Shown: positions 9,926 through 21,095 of the stretch, piece by piece
Position numbering within the stretch: position 1 is the first letter of the stretch
Layout of the letters: each line of letters begins with the position of its first letter
Assembly (NCBI GenBank): GCA_965225945.1
Contig: CBDDBZ010000032.1
Span: 64,001-128,000 of the forward strand
Direction of reading: 5' to 3'
DNA length: 64,000 bases
Origin: Alphaproteobacteria bacterium
GTDB lineage: Bacteria; Pseudomonadota; Alphaproteobacteria; GCA-2731375
Notes under the pieces: model-generated
Databases searched by the model: none
What the model saw: only the letters and a program-made list of their open reading frames with translations
What the model was told of the DNA's origin: nothing
Made by a program: the position numbers and the translations under genes

Positions 9926-10630
9926 TCAGAGGCACCGATCGTGCGGCCGGTCGAACAGCGGAAACAACAACCAGCCACCGACGAAGCCGGCGATGTGCAC
10001 CTCCCAGGCGATCGCGTGCACGCCGCCATCGGGGCTGAGGCCGGTCACGCCGATGAACAGATTGACGCCGATGAAGACCGTCGCCGCCATTACCACCGGG
10101 CGCCGATCGCGCGCGCGGGGAAGGTCGCCAACGCGTTGCGGCGGCCCGGCGGCCATCATGCGAAGGATCGCGCCGAAAAGGCCGGCAATGGCACCCGACG
10201 CCCCCACCACCAACACCGGCGCCGTCGTCACGAGATAGACGATGAAGGTGCCCAGCAGGCCGATCAGTCCCGTCACCAAATAGAACGACAGCATGCGGGC
10301 GCCGCCGATGCGGCGCTCGAGGCCGGTGGCGAAGGCGAGCACGAAACCCATGTTGACCAACAGGTGCAAGGCGTTGGCGTGGAGAAAGGCGTAACCGATG
10401 AGGGAGAGCCAGGGTAGCGGGTCCAGCGGCAAGGCCAGCGTGCCGTCGGCTAAGAGGAAATGGACCGGCGAAAAGCCTCCGTGGTAGAGGATCGCCCGGT
10501 CCCAAGCCTCCGGCAGCGCCAAACGGAGGAGATGCACGGCGAGGCAGACGGCGATGATCCCGCCCGCCACCGGCATGATATTGAAGGCGGGTGGCGAGGG
10601 CTCGTCGCCTCGGGCAGGCACGAAACGCAT
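9926..10630 (-). CDS. Rhomboid-family intramembrane serine protease
   Basis: FLHANALHLLVNM, GASG, AWEVHIAGF and multiple TM segments. Confidence 0.9.
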   Translation of the reverse strand: MRFVPARGDEPSPPAFNIMPVAGGIIAVCLAVHLLRLALPEAWDRAILYHGGFSPVHFLLADGTLALPLDPLPWLSLIGYAFLHANALHLLVNMGFVLAFATGLERRIGGARMLSFYLVTGLIGLLGTFIVYLVTTAPVLVVGASGAIAGLFGAILRMMAAGPPQRVGDLPRARDRRPVVMAATVFIGVNLFIGVTGLSPDGGVHAIAWEVHIAGFVGGWLLFPLFDRPHDRCL

Positions 10631-10661
10631 TTCGATCCTCGGCTGATCGGCAACGACGGCG

Positions 10662-10931
10662 CTAGTGGATGAAATCCAACATATGGTACCCCTACGACGG
10701 TTTCGCGAGCTCGTCCGGAAAGGCGCCCGGTGCGCCGTGATGCGGGCGTATCACAAGCGCCGGGCAACGCGTCCGGCGGGCTCGGGAAGCCGCCCTTCGG
10801 GTCCCATATCCTGGCTTCTCGGGGCGTCGGGCACCCTTGGCGATGTGCCGGCATCGCCGGCGGGCGCCCTCCTGCCGAGAAACCAGGATATGGGATCGTA
10901 GGGGTACCATATGCTGGATTTCATCCACCAG
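10662..10931. mobile_element. MITE-like 270-bp element with 36-bp terminal inverted repeats
   Basis: CTAGTGGATGAAATCCAACATATGGTACCCCTACGA (10662-10697) and its reverse complement at 10896-10931 differ at 2 positions. Internal inverted repeat 10802-10822/10875-10895. No ORF of note. Confidence 0.7.
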
Positions 10932-10958
10932 CATAGGCCGAGTGGTCGAGGGAACAAG

Positions 10959-11712
10959 CTTGCCTATCCGGTTATCACCCACACCCACTATATGTAGTGT
11001 GCACCCATTTTCCTGAGTAAAGCTCGGTGCAGGTCGAAGCGGAGATATCTCCGGCGATGCCGAGCAGGGACTCGGACGGCATTGTAGCGCCTTTTAGGCG
11101 ACACTTTAGCGTGGTGGAAATCCTAATCATTGAGTCGGATTTGGCAAAATGCCACGTTGCATAAAGGACCGTCACTTCATTGAAATTTATCTGAAATCGG
11201 AGGTGAACGACACCGATGGAATATTCCAGGAAATCAGAGCTTCATTGAATTGTAGGATTCGAGTGCCGGATTATTCACAAATAGCTCTGTGAACTGGTTT
11301 TCAAGTTCGCTCAATACGTCATATGAAGTAAACGGATTGAGGATCACGTTCTTGCGTGTCGCTTCGTCTTCGCTGCGACTCAAAACGCGCAGGAGACTAA
11401 CAGGCGCGGACGGGTTCTTCGCAACGATTCGTGCCAGCGCGTCGCTTTCTTCGACTAGTGCCGTCAATCGCTCAGACGATGTCGTTTCATCAGCAGCTTC
11501 CCGTCTGGCCGTGGGTTTCTTCGTTTTTCCCTTGGTCGCCACCGTTCCGTCCCCCGATGTTAAGTACGTGACGTGAATTAAACTCCGGTTCGGTTTTCAG
11601 AACAATCAAGAATTAGCCGGATCGCCTCCTCAATGCGCCTGCGCGGCCCTTGCCTGCAGTCCAAGGAGACACACTACATATAGTGGGTGTGGGTGATAAC
11701 CGGATAGGCAAG
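10959..11712 (-). mobile_element. Non-autonomous IS1595-family (ISSod11-type ends) cassette with passenger gene, copy 1
   Basis: About 44-bp IRs CTTGCCTATCCGGTTATCACCCACACCCACTATATGTAGTGTG. 8-bp target duplication GGAACAAG at 10951-10958 and 11713-11720. No intact transposase. Confidence 0.85.
11234..11542 (-). CDS. Passenger protein with leucine-rich-variant (LRV)-like helical repeats
   Basis: Repeats ARIVAKNPSAPVSLLRVLS / TRKNVILNPFTSYDVLSEL / LFVNNPAL match the LRV pattern (vaxNPntPxxxLxxL). GGGGAC upstream of the GTG start. Confidence 0.65.
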   Translation of the reverse strand: MATKGKTKKPTARREAADETTSSERLTALVEESDALARIVAKNPSAPVSLLRVLSRSEDEATRKNVILNPFTSYDVLSELENQFTELFVNNPALESYNSMKL

Positions 11713-12107
11713 GGAACAAGGAGGCCGGATGCGATTATTCCATTGCGCGGCGCGCGCTCTGGGCTTTGCCGCGGTTGTCACGGGCGCCATCTTCGGCCGC
11801 CCCGGCACCCGCCGGAGGGGCGCGCCCGCCGCGCGCCATGATCGATGCCACCGAGTACCCTTGGCGTGCCTTCGGCCGGGTCAACCGGCAGGGACGGGGG
11901 TTCTGCACCGGCGTCTTGATCGCGCCCGAGGTCGTGCTGACGGCCGCCCATTGTCTCTATGACACCAAGCGGCGTGCTTGGGTGGAGCCGCGTTTCATGC
12001 ATTTCGTCGCCGCCTATCAGAAGGGCCGCTTTCTCTTCGACTCCAAGGTCGCCCGCTTCGAGATCGGCAAGGGCTACGAGCCCGGGGGCGAGCGGCGAAG
12101 TTCGATC

Positions 12108-13983
12108 CTTGCCTATCCGGCAGTACACGACTCGTTCATGTTGGCTTTGGCCTGGGCACCTGGACTGGTGGTTTTCCGGGGACGAGGAAACGAATCAGCT
12201 CAATGGCTTGACGCCTGTCGATAGGATTGACGAGCTGTCGCCTTATCCACTCGAAACCGTATCGGAAGATGGATTTTGCCATCCTTTTGTGGGTTTTGAG
12301 GCGGATCGGCTCGGCCTCGTGGAGCCAATCGCCGACTTTGTGCGCCCAGCAGAAGGTGATGGAAAGGACGGCGGTGAGCTTGGAGATGCGCTCCGGGTCG
12401 GTCATGTGGGTGTCTTCGAGGTTGAAGCCGCGGGTTTTCAAGGCGGCGAAGAGGGTCTCGATTTGCCAGCGCTGGGCGTAGATGGCCAAGGCCTCCTCGG
12501 GCGCGTCGTTGGTCAACGACGATCAACAGTTCGCCGGCTTGAGATGGAGCGCGCGACGAAGACGGGCCTGGCCTTGGGTTTTCTTCCGAGAGGCGCCTGG
12601 CGTTGGAGAGGATGCGGCTTTCCCCGGGTTTGAGGTCGCGAAACAGCTCCCTCGCCTTGACCATGGACCACGCGTGTTGGCGATCTTGATGTTGGATCGG
12701 ATGCGGATGTGAAAGGGGATGGCCTTTTCCTGCAACCATGCCAGCCAGGCGTCGCCGATGAATTCCCGGTCGGCCAGGAGGCTGGCGATCTTGTCGACCC
12801 CGAAGAGCCGGAGGACGTGTTCGAGGATCGCGATCCGCTCCTTGGTATTGGAATTGCCCGCCTTGTCGAGCACCCGCCAGCACACGGGAGCGATGGCGCG
12901 GTTGACGATGCCGATCATCAAGATGTTGACGTCGCGGCGACCCGCGCCAGTTGGTCCGGTCCATGGTCAGCCGCCACGGCCCCGCCTGGAGCCCCATCAT
13001 CGCAACCAGGAACTCGGCGAGGCGATCGTAATCGAAATCGACTTGCTCGAAAAACCGTTGCACCGATAGTTGGAGCTGGATCGCGCGCGCCCCGTGGCAG
13101 GCCAAGTGAGAGAGGTTCACCGTCGAAGACCAAGACGCAAAGGCTCTCAACGGCTCTTGCGAAAGGCGAAGCCGCATCGTAGGTCTCACGCAGGGCGTTG
13201 ATCGGGTTGTTCATGATTTCCCTCTTGACTCGTCGTGGAGTGAATCGGGTCAACTTACGTAAATGCCGTCGTGTACCATGCCCACACCCACTATATGTAG
13301 TGTGCACCCATTTTCCTGAGTAAAGTCGGTGCAGGTCGAAGCGGAGATACGATGCCGAGCGACTCCCATTGTAGCGCCTTTTAGGCGACACTTTAGCGTG
13401 GTGGAAATCCTAATCATTGAGTCGGATTTGGCAAAATGCCACGTTGCATAAAGGACCGTCACTTCATTGAAATTTATCTGAAATCGGAGGTGAACGACAC
13501 CGATGGAATATTCCAGGAAATCAGAGCTTCATTGAATTGTAGGATTCGAGTGCCGGATTATTCACAAATAGCTCTGTGCTGGTTTTCGCGCTCAATACGT
13601 CATATGAAGCGGATTGAGGATCACGTTCTTGCGTGTCGCCGTCTTCGCTGCGACTCAAAACGCGCAGGAGACTAACAGGCGCGGACGGGCTTCGCAACGA
13701 TTCGTGCCAGCGCGTCGCTTTCTTCGACTAGTGCCGTCAATCGCTCAGACGGTCGTTTCATCAGCGCTTCCCGTCTGGCCGTGGGTTTCTTCGTTTTTCC
13801 CTTGGTCGCCACCGTTCCGTCCCCCGATGTTAAGGGCGTGACGTGAATTAAACTCCGGTTCGGTTTTCAGAACAATCAAGAATTAGCCGGATCGCCTCCT
13901 CAATGCGCCTGCGCCGGCCCTTGCCTGCAGTCCAAGGAGACACACTACATATAGTGGGTGTGGGTGATAACCGGATAGGCAAG
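12108..13983 (-). mobile_element. IS1595-type cassette copy 2 (degenerate; left IR split by an IS4 copy)
   Basis: CTTGCCTATCCGG at 12108-12120 and the rest of the element at 13281-13983. 8-bp target duplication GTTCGATC at 12100-12107 and 13984-13991. Confidence 0.85.
12121..13280 (-). pseudogene. Degenerate IS4-family copy (many small indels relative to 14462-15684)
   Basis: Near-identical to the intact IS4 but split into ORF fragments 12136..12516, 12523..12921 and others. Confidence 0.85.
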
Positions 13984-14461
13984 GTTCGATCGAAAGCGCG
14001 AGCGACTGGGCGATCCTGCATCTGGCGCGCGCGGCGGGTCCCGAGGTCGGCTATCTGGGGGTCGCGCACCTCCGCCCCGGGGACGCGCTGGCGCCGAAGC
14101 CCATCTTCACCCTCGCCGGCTACGGCCGCGACCGGCCCTATGCGCTGTCCGCCCACCGGAACTGCGCGTTGCTGCGTTGGGACGGGGCGGCACCGCTGGT
14201 GCACCACGATTGCCGGGCTGAGCATGGCACCTCGGGCGCGCCGATCATCCGGCGCCTCGGGCGGGACTATGTCGTGGTGGCGCTCCACGTCGGCCGGGGC
14301 GAGCTCGGGAGCCGAGAGATCGGCGCCGCCGTGCCCTCCGGCGTCTTCTTCGAGGCGGCGCTCGGGGCGACCGGTCGGCGCGCGCGGCGATCCCCGGGGC
14401 TGGGCCTCTTCATGGCCGGCAGCCGCGCGAAGTGATGCCAACCGAGGTAATACCAACGGAC

Positions 14462-15684
14462 CACAGTACACGACTCGTTCATGCTGGCTTTGGCCTGGGC
14501 ACCTGGACTGGTGGTTTTCCGGGGACGAGGAAACGAATCAGCTCAATGGCTTGACGCCTGTCGATAGGATTGACGAGCTGTCGCCTTATCCACTCGAAAC
14601 CGTATCGGAAGATGGATTTTGCCATCCTTTTGTGGGTTTTGAGGCGGATCGGCTCGGCCTCGTGGAGCCAATCGCCGACTTTGTGCGCCCAGCAGAAGGT
14701 GATGGAAAGGACGGCGGTGAGCTTGGAGATGCGCTCCGGGTCGGTCATGTGGGTGTCTTCGAGGTTGAAGCCACGGGTTTTCAAGGCGGCGAAGAGGGTC
14801 TCGATTTGCCAGCGCTGGGCGTAGATGGCCAAGGCCTCCTCGGGCGCGTCGTTGGTCACGACGATCAACAGTTCGCCGGTCTTGAGATGGAGCGCGGCGA
14901 CGAAGACGGGCCTGGCCTTGGGTTTTCTGGCCTCCGAGAGGCGCCTGGCGTTGGAGAGGATGCGGCTTTCCCCGGGTTTGAGGTCGCGAAACAGCTCCCT
15001 CGCCTTGACCATGCGACCACGCGTGTTGGCGATCTTGATGTTGGATCGGATGCGGATGTGAAAGGGGATGGCCTTTTCCTGCAACCATGCCAGCCAGGCG
15101 TCGCCGATGAATTCCCGGTCGGCCAGGAGGCTGGCGATCTTGTCGACCCCGAAGAGCCGGAGGACGTGTTCGAGGATCGCGATCCGCTCCTTGGTATTGG
15201 AATTGCCCGCCTTGTCGAGCACCCGCCAGCACACGGGAATGGCGATGGCGCGGTTGACGATGCCGATCATCAAGATGTTGACGTCGCGGCGACCCAGCCG
15301 CCAGTTGGTCCGGTCCATGGTCAGCCGCCACGGCCCCGCCTGGAGCCCCATCATCGCGACCAGGAACTCGGCGAGGCGATCGTAATCGAAATCGACTTGC
15401 TCGAAAAACCGTTGCAGGCGCCGATAGTTGGAGCTGGATCGCGCGCGCCCCGGAAAGTGGCAGGCCAAGTGAGAGAGGTTCACCGTCCGGGCGACGAACA
15501 CGCCGAAGACCAAGACGCAAAGGCTCTCCAGACGGCTCTTGCGAAAGGCGAAGCCGCATCGTAGCGTCTCACGCAGGGCGTTGATCGGGTTGTCTCGCAT
15601 GATTTCCCTCTTGACTCGTCGTGGAGTGAATCGGGAATCCTACAACCTTTTCAACGTCCTACGTAAATGCCGTCGTGTACCATG
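14462..15684 (-). mobile_element. IS4-family insertion sequence, intact
   Basis: IRs CACAGTACACGAC / GTCGTGTACCATG. 9-bp target duplication CCAACGGAC at 14453-14461 and 15685-15693. Confidence 0.9.
14479..15600 (-). CDS. IS4-family DDE transposase
   Basis: MDRTNW, LLADREF and the YAQRWQIETLF (YREK-type) motif, followed by LKTRGFNLEDTH. Confidence 0.9.
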   Translation of the reverse strand: MRDNPINALRETLRCGFAFRKSRLESLCVLVFGVFVARTVNLSHLACHFPGRARSSSNYRRLQRFFEQVDFDYDRLAEFLVAMMGLQAGPWRLTMDRTNWRLGRRDVNILMIGIVNRAIAIPVCWRVLDKAGNSNTKERIAILEHVLRLFGVDKIASLLADREFIGDAWLAWLQEKAIPFHIRIRSNIKIANTRGRMVKARELFRDLKPGESRILSNARRLSEARKPKARPVFVAALHLKTGELLIVVTNDAPEEALAIYAQRWQIETLFAALKTRGFNLEDTHMTDPERISKLTAVLSITFCWAHKVGDWLHEAEPIRLKTHKRMAKSIFRYGFEWIRRQLVNPIDRRQAIELIRFLVPGKPPVQVPRPKPA

Positions 15685-15712
15685 CCAACGGACATAAGTC
15701 CTGGCCGCCCCG

Positions 15713-16948
15713 CTACGGCGCGTCGGCGCGGTCGAGGATGGCGCCCAGCAGGACGTCGCAGCCGGCGGCCAGGTCTTCGGCCGTCGCCTCCTCGGCCTCG
15801 TTGTGGCTGATGCCACCCTCGCACGGCACGAAGATCATCGCCGTCGGCGCCACCTCGGAAATGTTGCAGGCATCGTGCCCGGCGCCCGAGGTGATCTCCA
15901 TCGCCGACAGGCCCGAGGCCTCCGCCCCCCTCGCCACCGCCCTGATGCAGTCGGGGTCGAAACGAATCGGCGGCTGATACCAGATCTCCTCGACCACCAG
16001 CTCGAGCCCGATATCGGCGGCGATGCGGCCTGCGCCGGCCTCCAGCCGCGCCTTCATCTCGGAGAGCCGGGTATCGGCCGGATGGCGGATATCGACCGAG
16101 AAGGCGACCCGACCCGGGATCGTGTTGCGGGAGTTCGGCGAAACCACGAACTGGCCGACCGTCGCGCAGGCGCCCGGCTGGTACTCGTGGCCGATGCGGT
16201 TGACCAATTCGACCATCCGCGAGGCACCGACCAGCGCGTCCTTGCGGATCGCCATCGGTGTCGGGCCGGCATGGGCCTCCTGGCCGGTCACGCGCACATC
16301 GAACCAGCGTTGGCCCTGGGCGCCCCGGACGATTCCGATGGTCTTCTCCTCGGCTTCCAGGATCGGGCCCTGTTCGATATGGGCCTCGAAGAAGGCGGCG
16401 ATGTCGCGCCCACCCAGCGGAAATTCGCCGAGATAGCCGATCCGTTCCAACTCCTCCCCCACGCTCTTGCCGTCGAGGTCGACAATGGCGTGCGCCTGTT
16501 CGAGCGTGACCTTGCCGACGTAGGCGCTGGAGCCGGCCATCGCCGGGGCGAAACGGCAACCCTCCTCGTTGGTCCAGACCACCACCTCGATCGCACGCCG
16601 GGTCCGGTGGGCCATGTCGTCGAGCGTGCGGAGCACCTCCAGGCCCGCCAGCACGCCGTAAACGCCGTCGTACTTGCCGCCGGTCGGCTGGGTGTCGAGG
16701 TGGCTTCCGGTCATCACCGGGGCGAGGCCATCGTCGGCGCCGGCGCGCCGGGCGAAGATGTTTCCCATTCGATCGACCCGCACGGTGCAGCCCTGGGCCT
16801 CGCACCACGAGACGAAGAGGTCGCGCCCGTCGCGATCCAGGTCGGTCAACGCCTGGCGATTGACCCCGCCCTTGTCCGTGGCGCCGATCCGCGCCATCTC
16901 CATCAGGCTCGCCCAGAGCCGGTCCTGATTGATCCCGAGATTTCGCAT
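15713..16948 (-). CDS. Zn-dependent M20 amidohydrolase (beta-ureidopropionase / N-carbamoyl-L-amino acid hydrolase)
   Basis: [53 protein letters not shown]. Start taken at [11 protein letters not shown]. Confidence 0.88.
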   Translation of the reverse strand: MRNLGINQDRLWASLMEMARIGATDKGGVNRQALTDLDRDGRDLFVSWCEAQGCTVRVDRMGNIFARRAGADDGLAPVMTGSHLDTQPTGGKYDGVYGVLAGLEVLRTLDDMAHRTRRAIEVVVWTNEEGCRFAPAMAGSSAYVGKVTLEQAHAIVDLDGKSVGEELERIGYLGEFPLGGRDIAAFFEAHIEQGPILEAEEKTIGIVRGAQGQRWFDVRVTGQEAHAGPTPMAIRKDALVGASRMVELVNRIGHEYQPGACATVGQFVVSPNSRNTIPGRVAFSVDIRHPADTRLSEMKARLEAGAGRIAADIGLELVVEEIWYQPPIRFDPDCIRAVARGAEASGLSAMEITSGAGHDACNISEVAPTAMIFVPCEGGISHNEAEEATAEDLAAGCDVLLGAILDRADAP

Positions 16949-16959
16949 CGCCGGTCTCC

Positions 16960-18078
16960 TCAAGCGCCGATCACGTCCTCGGCCGAGCGATAGGGCATGG
17001 CGAGCTCGCGCGCGACCGCCTCGTAGGTGAGCTTGCCCTCGGCCACGTTGAGCCCGTTGCGGAGGTGCGTGTCCTCGCGCAGCGCCTCCCGCCAGCCCTT
17101 GTCGGCGAGCGCCAGCACGAAGGGCAGCGTCGCGTTGTTGAGCGCGAAGGTCGAGGTCCGGGCGACCGCCCCCGGCATGTTGGCGACGCAGTAATGCACC
17201 ACGTCGTGGCGGATGTAGGTCGGCTCGGCATGGGTCGTCGGCCGCGCGGTCTCGATGCAGCCACCCTGATCGATCGCGACGTCGACCAGCACAGCCCCCC
17301 GGCGCATGCCCTCGACCATCGCCTCGCTCACCAGGCGCGGCGCCGAGGCGCCGGGCACCAAGACCGCGCCGACCACCAGGTCGGCCGACATCACATGTTC
17401 CTCGATCGCGTCGACGGTGGAAAAGATGGTGTTCAGCATCGGCCCGAACTGTAGGTCCAGGTCGTAGAGCCGGCGCAGGTTGATATCGATCACGAAGACC
17501 GCCGCCTCCAGCCCCATCGCCATTCGCGCGGCGTTGGTGCCGACGACGCCGCCACCGAGGATCACCACCTTGGCCGCGCGCACCCCCGGCACGCCGCCCA
17601 GCAGCATGCCGCGTCCACCCTGCTCCATCTCCAGGCAGTGGGCGCCCGCCTGGATCGACATCCGGCCCGCCACCTCGCTCATCGGCGCCAAAAGCGGCAG
17701 GCCGCCAAATTCGTCGGTTACGGTCTCGTAGGCGATGGCGACGACACCGCCCTCCATCAGCGTCGTCGTCAGCTCCGGCGCCGGAGCGAGGTGGAGATAG
17801 GTGAAGAGGAGCTGATCGGCGCGCAGCATCGCGCATTCGTGTCGCTGCGGCTCCTTCACCTTCACGATCATCTCGGCCCGGCCGTAAACCTCCTCCGCCG
17901 TGTCGACGACTTCCGCGCCCACGCCCCGGTAGTCGTCGTCGTCGAGCCCGATGGCCCGGCCGGCGTCGGTCTCGAGCAACACCTCATGGCCGTGATGGCG
18001 GACCTGGCGGACGCTTCCCGGGGTCAGCCCGACCCGGTGTTCCTCGGCCTTGATTTCCCTCGGCACGCCGATCCGCAT
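16960..18078 (-). CDS. ald: Alanine dehydrogenase
   Basis: [66 protein letters not shown]. Confidence 0.93.
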   Translation of the reverse strand: MRIGVPREIKAEEHRVGLTPGSVRQVRHHGHEVLLETDAGRAIGLDDDDYRGVGAEVVDTAEEVYGRAEMIVKVKEPQRHECAMLRADQLLFTYLHLAPAPELTTTLMEGGVVAIAYETVTDEFGGLPLLAPMSEVAGRMSIQAGAHCLEMEQGGRGMLLGGVPGVRAAKVVILGGGVVGTNAARMAMGLEAAVFVIDINLRRLYDLDLQFGPMLNTIFSTVDAIEEHVMSADLVVGAVLVPGASAPRLVSEAMVEGMRRGAVLVDVAIDQGGCIETARPTTHAEPTYIRHDVVHYCVANMPGAVARTSTFALNNATLPFVLALADKGWREALREDTHLRNGLNVAEGKLTYEAVARELAMPYRSAEDVIGA

Positions 18079-18095
18079 CTGCTCACTCCATCCCG

Positions 18096-19433
<1,338 letters not shown>

Positions 19434-19576
19434 CTGTGCTCTCCCGACGGTGCGGTATTTGGGCTGGCCGCAGCCGATCCGCGCGAGCGGCAAAATCACG
19501 GCCCTTGCGTCGGCACTCTAACAGCCCCGAAAATGGGGAAAAAGCGAAACCACGCGGAGCTTCGGGAGAATGAAAG

Positions 19577-21013
19577 ATGGCATCCTTCGACGACTATGAG
19601 AATCACGATGGAATTGGCTTGGCGAGCCTGATACGGGATGGACAGGCCAGCGCCGAGGAGGTGCTGGACGCCGCGATTGAGCGGGTGGAGGCGCGCGACG
19701 GCACGGTGAACGCGGTCACCACGCGGATGTACGACCAGGCGCGGAGCGCCATCGCCGACGGGCTGCCGGAGGGTCCGTTCCGAGGCGTGCCCTACCTGGT
19801 GAAAGACCTCGGCGCCTCCATCGCGGGCGAGCCGACGAACCGGGGCTGCCGCTTTTTCGAGGGCGTGATCGGGACCGAGGATTCCGAGACGGTGCGGCGC
19901 CTGAAGCGGGCCGGCCTGGTGATCTTCGGCCGCACCAATACCTGCGAGCTGGGCCTCAGCCTCACCTGCGAGCCGCAACTCAAGGGCGCGACCAGGAACC
20001 CCTGGAACCCGGCGCATATCTCGGGCGGCTCCAGTGGCGGGGCGGCGGCCGCCGTCGGCGCCCGAATGGTGCCGATGGCCCATGCTTCCGACGGCTTCGG
20101 CTCGATTCGCGCGCCCGCCGCCTGTTGTGGCCTCGTCGGCCTGAAGCCGACCCGGGGCCGCAGCACCATGGCCCCCTTCCTCGGCGAGGGCCTGGGTGGC
20201 ATCTCGACGGAACATGCCGTGACGCTCACCGTGCGCGATAGCGCGGCGCTGCTCGATGCGACCTCCGGGCCCGGCATCGGCGATCCCTACTCGGCGCCGC
20301 CGCCGACCAGACCTTTCCTGGAGGAGGTCGGCGCCGAAGCCGGATCGCTTCGCATCGCCGTCACCCGCAAGACGCCGAACGGGGCGCCGATGAGCGCGGC
20401 GTGTCTCGATCTGCTGGACGAGACAGCGACGCTCTGCGCCGATCTCGGCCATGTCGTCGACGAAGTCGACCCCGATATCGAGGGCGAGAGCGTGGTGGCG
20501 ACCTTCCTGACGCTGATGGCGGTGAATACCGTCGTCAACCTGGCCAGCCATCCGACGAAGGGGCGCGAGGCGCGGCCGGACGAAGTCGAGCGGGTGACTT
20601 GGGCTTCGGCCGAAATGGGCCGGCGGATCGACGGCGCCGCTTATGTCCGCGCGACCCAGGCGGCGCATCGCCTGGGCCGGCGGATGGGCGCCTTTCACCA
20701 GGACTGGGACGTGCTGCTGACACCGGGCCTGGCGCGCACCGCGGTCGAACTCGGCTGGCTCGACATGATGATGGAGGACGTGGACGAATACTGGCGCCGG
20801 GTCTTCGAATTTTCGCCGTTCACGGTGTGGTTCAATTTGACCGGGCAGCCGGCGATGATGCTACCGCTGGCCCAGGCGCCGGACGGCCTGCCGCTGGCGA
20901 CGCAGCTCGTCGGCCGCTTCGGCGACGAGGCGACGATCCTCCGCCTCGCCGCCCAGTTGGAAGCCGCCCGCCCCTGGATCGACCGCAAGCCCGCGCTCGC
21001 CGCCGACGGGTGA
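19577..21013 (+). CDS. Amidase-signature family amidase
   Basis: GVPYLVKDL, GGSSGG, SDGFGSIRAPA, GLKPTRGR. Confidence 0.9.
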   Translation: MASFDDYENHDGIGLASLIRDGQASAEEVLDAAIERVEARDGTVNAVTTRMYDQARSAIADGLPEGPFRGVPYLVKDLGASIAGEPTNRGCRFFEGVIGTEDSETVRRLKRAGLVIFGRTNTCELGLSLTCEPQLKGATRNPWNPAHISGGSSGGAAAAVGARMVPMAHASDGFGSIRAPAACCGLVGLKPTRGRSTMAPFLGEGLGGISTEHAVTLTVRDSAALLDATSGPGIGDPYSAPPPTRPFLEEVGAEAGSLRIAVTRKTPNGAPMSAACLDLLDETATLCADLGHVVDEVDPDIEGESVVATFLTLMAVNTVVNLASHPTKGREARPDEVERVTWASAEMGRRIDGAAYVRATQAAHRLGRRMGAFHQDWDVLLTPGLARTAVELGWLDMMMEDVDEYWRRVFEFSPFTVWFNLTGQPAMMLPLAQAPDGLPLATQLVGRFGDEATILRLAAQLEAARPWIDRKPALAADG

Positions 21014-21095
21014 GCGCGGAATGTGGTAGATATATCGAGGCGCGCGCGCTGCTTCGCGGAGGATCCGCGCCCTTGAGACCGAGGTACCGACGGGC

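Larger units (their letters stand above)
11729..14435 (+). pseudogene. Trypsin-like (V8/S1B-type) secreted serine protease interrupted by cassette copy 2
   Basis: Catalytic motifs TAAHC lie before 12107, and DWAIL and GTSGAP after 13992. The two halves are in frame once 12108-13991 is removed. Additional frameshift after the signal peptide at about 11800-11835. Confidence 0.85.

Noticed and set aside
10662-14000. CRISPR array or integron cassettes suggested by recurring palindromic sequences
   Set aside because: The repeats are terminal IRs with target duplications, not regularly spaced direct repeats. No cas or intI genes are present.
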